Shown here: one piece after another, positions 36,672 to 44,991 of the stretch
Layout: every line of letters begins with the position of its first letter
Position numbering within the stretch: the first letter of the stretch is position 1
DNA from: a virus
Reading direction: 5' to 3' (one strand)
Virus record (IMG/VR): IMGVR_UViG_3300032163_000001
Location: 110,249-174,248 of that record
DNA: 64,000 nucleotides
Notes under the pieces: model-generated
Databases searched by the model: none
What the model saw: the letters and a program-made list of their open reading frames with translations, nothing else
Told to the model about the DNA's origin: nothing
Made by a program: the position numbers and the translations under genes

Positions 36672-36693
36672 AGATATTATAGGAGGGACGAAA

Positions 36694-36888
36694 ATGTTCT
36701 TACAAAGACTCTCAGAAAGAATCCAAAAGGGGGGTTTCTGGTTTCTTTTGATCCTGTTAGCGGGAATTCTAATTGGATCTTTTGGTATGTTCAAATACCA
36801 CAAATCGCAATTAAAGAATGCTACAACATTAAGTGGTATTCTCATTGATGGAGTAGCTTACGATTTGAAAAAGAGAAACCCTTTCTAA
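36694..36888 (+). CDS. Small single-TM membrane protein, holin/spanin-like (start set to ATG 36694 after GGAGGG)
   Basis: MFLQRLSERIQKGGFWFLLILLAGILIGSFGMFKYHK. Lies directly downstream of the lysin gene. Confidence 0.45.
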   Translation: MFLQRLSERIQKGGFWFLLILLAGILIGSFGMFKYHKSQLKNATTLSGILIDGVAYDLKKRNPF

Positions 36889-36899
36889 AGTAAATTTTC

Positions 36900-37375
36900 G
36901 TAATGGTGAGGCCCATAATTGTTGATGTTTGGAAATGCTACTCCGCCACAGGGCACCCAAGATCTATTGGGGTAGACACCTTGGACTCGAAAAGTCCGTC
37001 GAGCTTCACCATTACGATTTGATCCGAATAAAGAATGAGAGGATGCCTGGTAAATGTATTATCAAATAAGTATGGGTTGATACCCTCCTGCGGGCATCAT
37101 CTCTAGAAAAGAAAGGCAGTGCGGTTTGGGGTGAGTATACAAACCTGCGTTTGAATCAGGAGACAGACGCACAAAACCAAGGAGGAAGGAACAGTAGGGA
37201 AAGCCGAATGCGAGATTATACCGGGAGATGACCCTGGCGGGCTCTGCATTAAATACTGCCTTGGGTGTTCTGGCCCACTCATTAGACCAGTCAAGACTCC
37301 TTAATTGAGAAAGACACCTATCGGTGAAAATCCGGTCACTGCCTTGTATTTATTTTATTTTTAGAGAAGAAAGGA
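36900..37375 (+). ncRNA. GC-rich, ORF-free island of about 480 nt; candidate structured RNA of unknown class
   Basis: GC roughly 45% against about 31% in the flanks. No ORF of 60 aa or more on + strand. Multiple short GC stems (CCTG..CAGG, GGACTCGAAAAGTCC). Confidence 0.3.
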
Positions 37376-37382
37376 GGAAGCA

Positions 37383-37640
37383 TTGGATATTACTGAAGAA
37401 ATTATTGAAGCTATAGATAACTGGCAAAATGATCCAAGTTGTCATCAACTAACATGTGGAAATAATTCAAATCACAAACCTCTTGTAATAGTTAAAGAAG
37501 AATCTGGTAAGATTTTTTTAAAGTGTATGAATTGTGATTACAAACAAGATCATGTGCCTGAATCTATAAAAAATTGGTGGAATGAAAAATCCGAAGTAAA
37601 TCATAAAGATTCAAATAAATTGGTTTGGAACAAACTTTAA
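37383..37640 (+). CDS. Small zinc-ribbon protein (TTG start)
   Basis: SD AAAGGAGGAAG then TTG. CHQLTCG...CMNCDY. Confidence 0.4.
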   Translation: MDITEEIIEAIDNWQNDPSCHQLTCGNNSNHKPLVIVKEESGKIFLKCMNCDYKQDHVPESIKNWWNEKSEVNHKDSNKLVWNKL

Positions 37641-37754
37641 ACAAGTAAAGGTAGAAAGCAGATAGGTTGGCACCTAATATGGAAAATAAACTTTCTTCCA
37701 GAAAGGTTAAAAAACGCTGTAGAATCTACTATCAATAAAAGCAATCTACCTGTC

Positions 37755-37807
37755 GTTAAACAAGTAGAGGACGCGGAATTAGATACCTCTACTTGTTTAA
37801 CTTTTTC
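37755..37807 (+). terminator. Rho-independent terminator: perfect 16-bp stem GTTAAACAAGTAGAGG / CCTCTACTTGTTTAAC + TTTTT
   Basis: Read directly. 15-nt loop and T5 tail. Confidence 0.65.
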
Positions 37808-37823
37808 AGGGAGTTTCTAAAGT

Positions 37824-38360
37824 ATGCATTTAGTTGGGATCATCGGTAAAAAAGGAAGTGGGAAATCCGAGTGTTCAAAAATTTTGTGTGAAAAATATAG
37901 TTTTCAGAGGACTTCGTTCGCTGATAAACTTAAGCAAACTGTATCAGATCTTTTCGATATTCCCTTAAACTTTCTTTATGATCCCAAACTTAAAGAAACG
38001 TATGATAATAGATGGGGAAAAACTTACAGAGAAATTATGCAACTTTTTGGTACCGAAGTTGGTAGATGTATTTATAATGACATATGGGTGTATCACGTTG
38101 AGAAACACTTATTACAAAATCCTGATCTTAGTTTTGTTATAGATGACGTTAGATTTAAAAATGAAGCTGTTTTAATCAAAAAACTCAATGGTTTATTAAT
38201 AAAAGTAGTGCGACCATCTAATGACATTCAAAAAGATTTTCATAAATCAGAAACAGAACAAGATGAAATTGAAGTAGATATAACTATCTTAAATAACTCA
38301 TCTAAAGAAGATCTATATAATACAGTCAATCAAGTTTACCTTGAATTTTGTAACAAATAA
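37824..38360 (+). CDS. Deoxynucleoside monophosphate kinase (T4 gp1-like)
   Basis: P-loop GIIGKKGSGKS. FADKLK, REIMQLFGTEVG and LIKVVRP align with T4 gene 1 (VIHVVRP). Confidence 0.65.
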   Translation: MHLVGIIGKKGSGKSECSKILCEKYSFQRTSFADKLKQTVSDLFDIPLNFLYDPKLKETYDNRWGKTYREIMQLFGTEVGRCIYNDIWVYHVEKHLLQNPDLSFVIDDVRFKNEAVLIKKLNGLLIKVVRPSNDIQKDFHKSETEQDEIEVDITILNNSSKEDLYNTVNQVYLEFCNK

Positions 38361-38428
38361 AATTATATCAGATATCTATAGCACTAAAACTATTGTAAAG
38401 ATAATACGTTGAAAGGGAGGTGAAAACA

Positions 38429-39352
38429 TTGAGCTTAAATGAATTAATAGGTAGAAAATCAGTTGGTCGTCCTTGTGTCCCTACTTTAAATTTCATAGTA
38501 GGAAATAGACAATGTAACATGGAGTGTAAATATTGTATTTCTAAAATGACGAAGGCTGAGTTATCTAAACGAGGAGAGGTTTCTCCTTTATGGTATAGAA
38601 ATAGACGTTTAGCTTTTAGCGTAGCAAAGAAGTTTAGTACTGATACAGTGTTAATCACAGGAAAAGGAGAACCAACTATCTGGAAAACAGAATTACTAGA
38701 TACTATAGCAAGAGCTAGTGACGAAGGATTTATTACAGAACTTCAAACAAATGGAGTTTTATTAGATGAATCTTATTGTATTCATCTTGCTGGAGCAGGT
38801 CTTAATACTATAGCTATTAGTAGAGTCACAGTTGATACAGCTACGAATAATTGGATATGTGATCCTATACATTTTAGTACTCCAAATTTACACCAGTTAA
38901 TTCCAATGATCCAAAGACTTGAAATAAAGATGAACATTCGAATTACTTTTGTAGCTATGAAAGGTTACAATGACTCAGTTGAAAAGATAGAGAAAACATG
39001 TCTTTGGGCTTTATCGAATGGAGTTAAACAAGTTACTATTAGAAGAATGGGGATGCCAAATCTTAGTTCAATTGAAAGTTTAGATAGTGCATTCGAGATC
39101 GAAAAATTTGTAACAGATAACCTTGTTCCAGATGAAGAATGGAAAAAGATCATAGATTTCTTTATGAAAGAATACACTATTTTAAGAGTTTTTGACTGGG
39201 GCTCAATCAGCTGGTCTATTAATGGAGTCCAGTGTTTAATAGCTGATTGTTTAACAGTGCCAGGATTAGATGGCACAATCAGGTATCTTATATATTATCC
39301 TGATGGTCATTTAAGATATAGTTGGGAACACGATTCTACAATAATTTTTTGA
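38429..39352 (+). CDS. Radical SAM enzyme (CxxxCxxC; viperin/MoaA-like core), function unknown; start uncertain (TTG 38429 or GTG 38420)
   Basis: RQCNMECKYC, GKGEP glycine motif, LQTNGVLLDE and LNTIAISRVTVD resemble viperin IVSNGSLIRE / LDILAISCDSFD and MoaA. Confidence 0.6.
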   Translation: MSLNELIGRKSVGRPCVPTLNFIVGNRQCNMECKYCISKMTKAELSKRGEVSPLWYRNRRLAFSVAKKFSTDTVLITGKGEPTIWKTELLDTIARASDEGFITELQTNGVLLDESYCIHLAGAGLNTIAISRVTVDTATNNWICDPIHFSTPNLHQLIPMIQRLEIKMNIRITFVAMKGYNDSVEKIEKTCLWALSNGVKQVTIRRMGMPNLSSIESLDSAFEIEKFVTDNLVPDEEWKKIIDFFMKEYTILRVFDWGSISWSINGVQCLIADCLTVPGLDGTIRYLIYYPDGHLRYSWEHDSTIIF

Positions 39353-39386
39353 CAGGTAGACTAACAAATCATTCGACTTCTAATAC

Positions 39387-39460
39387 TCAGGAGTCGTCTA
39401 ATTTAGGCAGGACATTTGACTTTGAATCAAAAAATAAAGGTTCGATTCCTTTCTCCTGAA
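39387..39460 (+). tRNA. tRNA-Gln (anticodon UUG)
   Basis: Acceptor TCAGGAG/CTCCTGA perfect 7 bp. D-arm GTCT..GGAC. Anticodon arm TTTGA-CTTTGAA-TCAAA (U33, anticodon TTG, A37). T-arm AAAGG-TTCGATT-CCTTT. No encoded CCA. Confidence 0.75.
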
Positions 39461-39539
39461 TAGTGGTAGGTTATTAGAAGTTGATGTTCCTACCTCTTAT
39501 TATAGAACAAATAACTAAATTCTATGATAGGAGAGAAAA

Positions 39540-40160
39540 ATGGATATATGCAGTTATGGTTGTGGATTAGAAGCAAAATATACTTTAAAAAACGGAAAGT
39601 TTTGTTGCGAACGAAGTTGTAATCAATGCCCTGAAGTAAGAAAGAAGAATAGTCTTTCTTTAAAAACAAGTTCTCATTATATTAGATTTAACCCAAGTAA
39701 AATAATGGATACTTGTACTTTTTGTAATAAATCAATTCCATATCCTTCAAAAAAAGGACACGAAAAGAGCTGTTATTTAAATCCAAACAACTTAAAATTA
39801 TGTATAGTTTGTGAAAAACCCATTAAGAACTATAAGTTTAATATAACATGTTCCCATATATGTGCAAATGGACACTTTAAACAAAATACAAAAAATGGAA
39901 TTCATTGTGATGAATACAGAAGAATCTGTTTTAAGTATCACAAAAAAGAATGCATTATATGTGGTGAAAGTAATATTGTACATGCTCACCATTTAGATAA
40001 AAATAAAGAAAATAACTCTCCCAAAAACTTAATTCCCTTATGTCCTACTCACCATTATTATATGCATTGTAAACTTAAAGAATTAATAATCAATAAAATC
40101 GAGTCTTATTTAAGAGAGTGGGAAAACTCAATGTTACTCTCAACCAAAATCATAATATAA
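39540..40160 (+). CDS. HNH homing endonuclease with N-terminal C-x-YGCG zinc-finger module
   Basis: ICGESNIVHAHHLDKNKENNSPKNLIPLCPTHH is an HNH motif. N-terminal MDICSYGCGLEAKYTLKNGKFCCERSCNQCPEVRKK is shared with the 48857-49615 gene. Confidence 0.65.
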   Translation: MDICSYGCGLEAKYTLKNGKFCCERSCNQCPEVRKKNSLSLKTSSHYIRFNPSKIMDTCTFCNKSIPYPSKKGHEKSCYLNPNNLKLCIVCEKPIKNYKFNITCSHICANGHFKQNTKNGIHCDEYRRICFKYHKKECIICGESNIVHAHHLDKNKENNSPKNLIPLCPTHHYYMHCKLKELIINKIESYLREWENSMLLSTKIII

Positions 40161-40177
40161 AAAAAGGAGGGTATGAA

Positions 40178-40573
40178 ATGTGTTTGAATCTTACAGTAAA
40201 AAGAATAGCTGAAAAAGATATTAAAGTTTGGAAAGTTTTTAGAAAAGAAGACCGTGAAGAAATATCTTTCTTATTTAGAAATATCAATGGAGGCAAGTTA
40301 TATGGCAACTGTTTTCCAGTTCCTAAAGAACTCCCAGAAGTATCATATGGATACCATGCATTTTTGAGCGAAGAAGCAGCTAAAGATTATATAGCATCCA
40401 TGTCTGTAGCTTTATGGGATCATAAAGACTTTGTTATAAAAGAGTTCTACATAAAGGAAGAAGACGAATATGAAATTGGATTCATACCATGGCCTTTTAA
40501 AGGATCAGGATTACAGAGTGTAAGATCTAAAAAGTTGTTTGCTCAAGAACAACTGCAAGAAGAAACAAAATAA
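40178..40573 (+). CDS. Hypothetical protein (start set to ATG 40178 after GGAGGG)
   Basis: 131-aa ORF. Confidence 0.4.
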   Translation: MCLNLTVKRIAEKDIKVWKVFRKEDREEISFLFRNINGGKLYGNCFPVPKELPEVSYGYHAFLSEEAAKDYIASMSVALWDHKDFVIKEFYIKEEDEYEIGFIPWPFKGSGLQSVRSKKLFAQEQLQEETK

Positions 40574-40602
40574 AGTATAGAAATTTTAGAAGGAGAAAAG
40601 AG

Positions 40603-40890
40603 ATGGCTAAATTTATAGACTTTGTTGATAAGAAATTTATATGTGATAACTGCAAAAAAGTTATTCAAGGAAAAGAAATTGTCTTAGAATTAGCTCCAAC
40701 TAATTTTGATATATTAACTCCTCTTCACCCACTCATTTTTATTGATAAAGATGGGATTATCAAAGGAGGTTCTAAATTTGCAGACGGGTCTATTGGGGAC
40801 CAAATATTGAACTGTCCAAAATGTAATTACCCTCATTTATATGGATTTACACCATATGAAGAGAAAACATTAAAAGAGATGGGTCGGTAA
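40603..40890 (+). CDS. Small zinc-ribbon protein
   Basis: CDNCKK...CPKCNYPH. The stop codon overlaps the tRNA 5' end. Confidence 0.4.
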   Translation: MAKFIDFVDKKFICDNCKKVIQGKEIVLELAPTNFDILTPLHPLIFIDKDGIIKGGSKFADGSIGDQILNCPKCNYPHLYGFTPYEEKTLKEMGR

Positions 40891-40957
40891 GCTTAACTGG
40901 TTAAACTGCTGGACTCCAAATCCAGTCTTCGGGGTTCGAATCCTCGCCGGCCTGCCA
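40881..40957 (+). tRNA. tRNA-Trp (anticodon CCA)
   Basis: Anticodon arm CTGGA-CTCCAAA-TCCAG. T-arm CGGGG-TTCGAAT-CCTCG. Acceptor GGGTCGG/CCGGCCT (2 G-U pairs). Discriminator G and encoded CCA. D-arm is atypical. Confidence 0.65.
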
Positions 40958-40977
40958 ATAAAAGAGGAGGTGAAAAT

Positions 40978-42141
40978 ATGATAATTAATTCGATTCTTGA
41001 CAACGATTTATACAAGTTCACAATGCAACAAGCCGTTTGCCAACTGTATCCATCTGCTCACGCTAGATACGAATTTATTAACAGAGGCAAAACGATATTT
41101 CCACCTGACTTTGATCGTAAATTAGAAAGTGAAGTTAGATATTTTAGTGAATTTAAACTTGGTAAATATGAAAGGCATTTTCTTAATGATATCTATTTTC
41201 TTTATCCTCCCTATATAGACTTCCTTGATGGTTATAAATATAATCCAAGCGAAGTTCAAATAGAACAAAAGCATGGGGATTTAAAGTTAATAGTTGAAGG
41301 TCCTTGGTATAGGGCTATTTTATGGGAAGTACCTCTACTTGCTTTAATCAGTGAACTGTACTTTAAAGAAATAGGGGATATTGGTCCTTTCGCAGGTTAT
41401 GAATCAATAGCTAAAGGAAAAGCAGCTAGATTAAGAGATATTGGTGCTAAATTTGCTGACTTCGGAACTAGGAGAAGGTATTCCTATGAAGTTCAAAACC
41501 ATGTCATTGGGGCTTTAGAAAGTGGAGGAGGTATCTTCTTTAATGGAACTAGTAACGTTTATTTTGCTATGCAACATCAAGTTAGGGCAATAGGCACTCA
41601 GGCGCATGAGTGGATGATGTTTCATGCGTCACAATATGGTTTTCATCTAGCTAACCAGATTTCGATGGAAAAATGGGTGGACACTTATCAAGGAGACTTA
41701 GGTATTGCTTTAGCTGATACTTATACTTCAGATGCTTTTTTCAAGTCGTTTAATACAAAGTTCTCTAAACTTTATGATGGCGTGAGACAAGACTCTGGAG
41801 ATCCAATAGAATTTGCAGATAAAGCAATTAAACATTATGAAAAATTAAGAATAGACCCAACAACTAAAACCATTGTTTTTAGTGATGGGTTAGATGTAAA
41901 CAAAGTAGAAGAAATTGAGAAACACTGTAGAGGAAAGATTAGGACTTCCTACGGGATAGGGACTAACCTAACGAATGACGTAGGAGTCAAACCTTTAAAT
42001 ATTGTTATAAAAATGACTGCGTGTAAATCTACTCTTAGTGATCCTTGGACTAATACATGCAAATTGTCTGACGTTCCCACTAAATATACTGGAGATCCTG
42101 AAATGATAAAACTATGTAAACAAGTTTTGGAGATACAATAG
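40978..42141 (+). CDS. pncB: Nicotinate phosphoribosyltransferase (PncB)
   Basis: DNDLYKFTMQQAV, GPWYRAILWEVPLLALISE, FGTRRRYSYEVQ, IGTQAHEWMMFH, VRQDSGDP and KPLNIVIKM align motif-for-motif with E. coli PncB. SD AGAGGAGG. Confidence 0.8.
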   Translation: MIINSILDNDLYKFTMQQAVCQLYPSAHARYEFINRGKTIFPPDFDRKLESEVRYFSEFKLGKYERHFLNDIYFLYPPYIDFLDGYKYNPSEVQIEQKHGDLKLIVEGPWYRAILWEVPLLALISELYFKEIGDIGPFAGYESIAKGKAARLRDIGAKFADFGTRRRYSYEVQNHVIGALESGGGIFFNGTSNVYFAMQHQVRAIGTQAHEWMMFHASQYGFHLANQISMEKWVDTYQGDLGIALADTYTSDAFFKSFNTKFSKLYDGVRQDSGDPIEFADKAIKHYEKLRIDPTTKTIVFSDGLDVNKVEEIEKHCRGKIRTSYGIGTNLTNDVGVKPLNIVIKMTACKSTLSDPWTNTCKLSDVPTKYTGDPEMIKLCKQVLEIQ

Positions 42142-42154
42142 GAGGAAAAACAAA

Positions 42155-43039
42155 ATGCAAAACCTAGTAGAAAAATTTCGAAAAGCTGGATTAAGTACTG
42201 TGATCTTAAAAGAACCTATACGTCGTCAAGGAAGAGGAATGGAAGATATTGTTCAAATAGACATCCAAAGAAACGTTAAAGGTTTTAACCGACGCGAAAG
42301 ATTTAGACTTTACCCTGGTGATAAAAGTAATATAATTCAAGTTCGAAACATTGATCCTAATCTCAAACAACTCGTACTTTTCGTTAAAGAGCCAGTTCGA
42401 GAGTTTGATAACGTTACTCAATTAAACAGTTTTACCACATTTAAAAGAGTCAAAGAAGAAGCAGAGAAAAGTCTCCATAAACCTGTTAGAATTTTTAAAG
42501 TTGGAAACGAAGCACATGTAGTTATGAAAACTTCAGAAGGTGTTCGTTATTTCCTCTGTGGAGTAGATGAGCGACAACTATTTATTGCTCAGTTAACTGG
42601 ACCAGCAACTACTGTAGAAGAGGCAAGAAAACTTCTTGGAAAAACTGTTCAATTTGCAGATGGAAAAAGACGAGGAAGTTCAGTAGATAGACAGGGAGAA
42701 TGGTTCTTCTTAGAAACGAAACAAAGTACTAGAGACGAAATTGAAAGAGCAATTAGAGGAACTAGAACTGCTATTCAGCGGAAAGTCGCTATTGGTAGAT
42801 TTTTGGGTCGTCCTAGCACTAATCTCCATATAGTCGATGAACTAGTTATTCTTCCTTTTCAGACAGTCACTAACCGTGATCCAAATAGGTTACAGAGACG
42901 TCAAGTATTTGTTCGAGGATCTATTCGACATAGAGATCACAAAACTGTTAAATTTTCTAATTGGAGAGAGGTAATTGCTAACAACGAATCACAATCTACT
43001 GCTCGAGGAAGTGCTTCTGGAGTTTTTTGGGTAGACTAA
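42155..43039 (+). CDS. Hypothetical protein co-transcribed with pncB
   Basis: SD AGGAGGAAAAACAAAATG. 294 aa, Arg-rich. No NMNAT (H/T)xGH or Nudix box seen. Confidence 0.45.
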   Translation: MQNLVEKFRKAGLSTVILKEPIRRQGRGMEDIVQIDIQRNVKGFNRRERFRLYPGDKSNIIQVRNIDPNLKQLVLFVKEPVREFDNVTQLNSFTTFKRVKEEAEKSLHKPVRIFKVGNEAHVVMKTSEGVRYFLCGVDERQLFIAQLTGPATTVEEARKLLGKTVQFADGKRRGSSVDRQGEWFFLETKQSTRDEIERAIRGTRTAIQRKVAIGRFLGRPSTNLHIVDELVILPFQTVTNRDPNRLQRRQVFVRGSIRHRDHKTVKFSNWREVIANNESQSTARGSASGVFWVD

Positions 43040-43074
43040 ATATCTTTTTATTTTATTAATAAAGGAGAAGAACT

Positions 43075-43464
43075 ATGACAATATCAAAAGGAATATGTAT
43101 TACTGATGAGTTTAAAGATGCAGTTTTCTATGCAGCTCACTCAATTTGTCCATGTGAAGATTGTACTCAAACACTAATATTTGAGTATGATAAGGAATTC
43201 AATTTAGTAAGTTTAGAAGTTGATGCTACTTTTGAAAATTATGATCTTTTTGGATTTAACTGGCGTTCAAAATCAAAGTCAGAACTTCTTTACAGAATTT
43301 GGCGACGAATCAAAATTCCCTTTATGTTTTTCTTTACTGGAAGAATGAGTTTACGACATAGCTTTATGTTTAAAACCGAACACATTGAAGACTACATCAA
43401 AGCTTTACAAGAAGGTTATGAAAAAGTAAAACAATACAAAAAAGAACAGGAGGACAAAAAATGA
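43075..43464 (+). CDS. Hypothetical protein
   Basis: SD AAAGGAGAAGAACTATG. Confidence 0.4.
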   Translation: MTISKGICITDEFKDAVFYAAHSICPCEDCTQTLIFEYDKEFNLVSLEVDATFENYDLFGFNWRSKSKSELLYRIWRRIKIPFMFFFTGRMSLRHSFMFKTEHIEDYIKALQEGYEKVKQYKKEQEDKK

Positions 43465-43973
43465 AAGCGGAACCCTATCCGTCGTTATCAAAAACTTTGA
43501 GGGAGAAAAGTCTTTTAAAGAAACTAGAAAAACAGTATGAAACTTATCCAACGTTATTATCTGGTATTGCTAAAGAGCTTGGGTTAAATGAGAAAGAAAT
43601 TCTCAAATGGGCAAGACAAAAGCATGGACTCAGGTTTAGAACTTGGGCGATTAAAAATGGTCCAGAAGTTATCGGATCAGTTACGTCTATTTTAAGACCT
43701 TGGCCTAAAAACAAAGATGACAAAGATCCGCAAAGGTTTACTATGCAACTTTGTTTTCTTTCTAAAGAGGATCTCTTTTCAAAATTCGATGGTCATAGAT
43801 GGGCGTGCCAAAAGTTATTTAAACATGAACCTAACAAACCACTTATGGTTATAAATAAACCATTTAAAGAAGCTAAAGCAGCAATTAAAGAGATCATAAT
43901 GGAAGAAATTAATAAACGAAGACAGTACAAAAAATATTTTAAGTTACCTGATTCTAAAATAGACGTTGTCTAA
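43461..43973 (+). CDS. Hypothetical protein
   Basis: ATGA overlap with upstream gene. 170 aa. Confidence 0.4.
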   Translation: MKAEPYPSLSKTLREKSLLKKLEKQYETYPTLLSGIAKELGLNEKEILKWARQKHGLRFRTWAIKNGPEVIGSVTSILRPWPKNKDDKDPQRFTMQLCFLSKEDLFSKFDGHRWACQKLFKHEPNKPLMVINKPFKEAKAAIKEIIMEEINKRRQYKKYFKLPDSKIDVV

Positions 43974-44060
43974 CAAATCATTTTGGGAGGTTATCTTTAT
44001 GGAAGATCCTTTGTCACAATGTCATCTCTTTCTGCAGTTTCTAAAAAGAAAGGAGGAAGT

Positions 44061-44261
44061 ATGAATTTAGAATCTTTCTTTATTCCAGTCAAAATAGAAG
44101 GAGTTGCTTTAGTTTATGCAAAGTCAGGAATAAAAGCAGAAAAAATTCTTAAAGATAGTAACGTAGTAGTTGCTGGTAACAAGATGTGTAAGAACTTTGA
44201 AATAAAGCAACTTGCTCCAGTAATGACAAGAGATCAGTTTGACAACACGCAAGGAGATTAG
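44061..44261 (+). CDS. Hypothetical small protein (start set to ATG 44061 after AAAGGAGGAAG)
   Basis: 66-aa ORF. Confidence 0.35.
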   Translation: MNLESFFIPVKIEGVALVYAKSGIKAEKILKDSNVVVAGNKMCKNFEIKQLAPVMTRDQFDNTQGD

Positions 44262-44263
44262 TT

Positions 44264-44548
44264 ATGGTTAAAGAAAATGGACGACACTGGTTTAGAATCA
44301 CAGGTTACAAAGCTCATGTTGGCACGAATAGAGAAGACACAGTATGTATCTTTATTTATGAAAGAGGTTTACTGGAAGCTTTGGACCGCTACAAAACTAT
44401 TCCAGGAATTAAAAAGAAAATTAGTTCTACAAAATTTCCAGATATTACTCCTCTATCTGAAGCAGAACAATTTATCCTTGAAGAGAAAATCAAGATGAGC
44501 AATGTAACTTTAGAAAGAGCCAAAGAAACATGGTTCTTCTTAAATTAA
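44264..44548 (+). CDS. Hypothetical protein
   Basis: SD AAGGAGA. 94 aa. Confidence 0.4.
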   Translation: MVKENGRHWFRITGYKAHVGTNREDTVCIFIYERGLLEALDRYKTIPGIKKKISSTKFPDITPLSEAEQFILEEKIKMSNVTLERAKETWFFLN

Positions 44549-44572
44549 GATTATTAAAGGAGGTGAATAACA

Positions 44573-44908
44573 ATGGCAGATGATGATATAGATATAGGAT
44601 TTATCGAAGTTGAAGAGTGGGGAAGAACAGAAATTGCAGTCTATAAGAAAATAGCTTTAAGTAGCAAAGCTCTCTTAGCTATATCAATGATGGAGAGATG
44701 GGGACTAGTAGCTGGAGAACCAGATGGAGAAGATTCAGCGGGGAGAAGTAAATTAAATCTTATGCCTGTAAAACAACTTGTTGAAAGAGCGTGTGAAACT
44801 GCTGATATCGCTTTTAAGGAATTCAAGGAAAGGAAATGGATACTAGATTTACCAGCACCAAAGATAACTAAAAAAGAGCCACTAACATCAAGAGCATCAA
44901 AAGAATAG
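44573..44908 (+). CDS. Hypothetical acidic protein
   Basis: SD AAGGAGGTG. 111 aa. Confidence 0.4.
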   Translation: MADDDIDIGFIEVEEWGRTEIAVYKKIALSSKALLAISMMERWGLVAGEPDGEDSAGRSKLNLMPVKQLVERACETADIAFKEFKERKWILDLPAPKITKKEPLTSRASKE

Positions 44909-44920
44909 CTTTAACGAAAA

Positions 44921-44952
44921 AATAGGTCTAGGATTTTACTCCTAGACCTATT
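44921..44952. terminator. Bidirectional terminator (AATAGGTCTAGGA-ttttac-TCCTAGACCTATT) between convergent + and - operons
   Basis: Perfect 13-bp stem flanked by A-run and T-run. Confidence 0.65.
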
Positions 44953-44991
44953 TAACCATTTTACTACATTAAATTTTTTGTTTCTCTAGAA

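Noticed and set aside
36889-37382. RNase P RNA or tmRNA identity for the GC-rich island
   Set aside because: Only a GAAAAGUCCG fragment resembles the P4 region. The complementary ACAGA(A/G)…GGCUUA strand, the tmRNA tRNA-like ends and the resume codon/tag ORF could not be found, so it is left unclassified.
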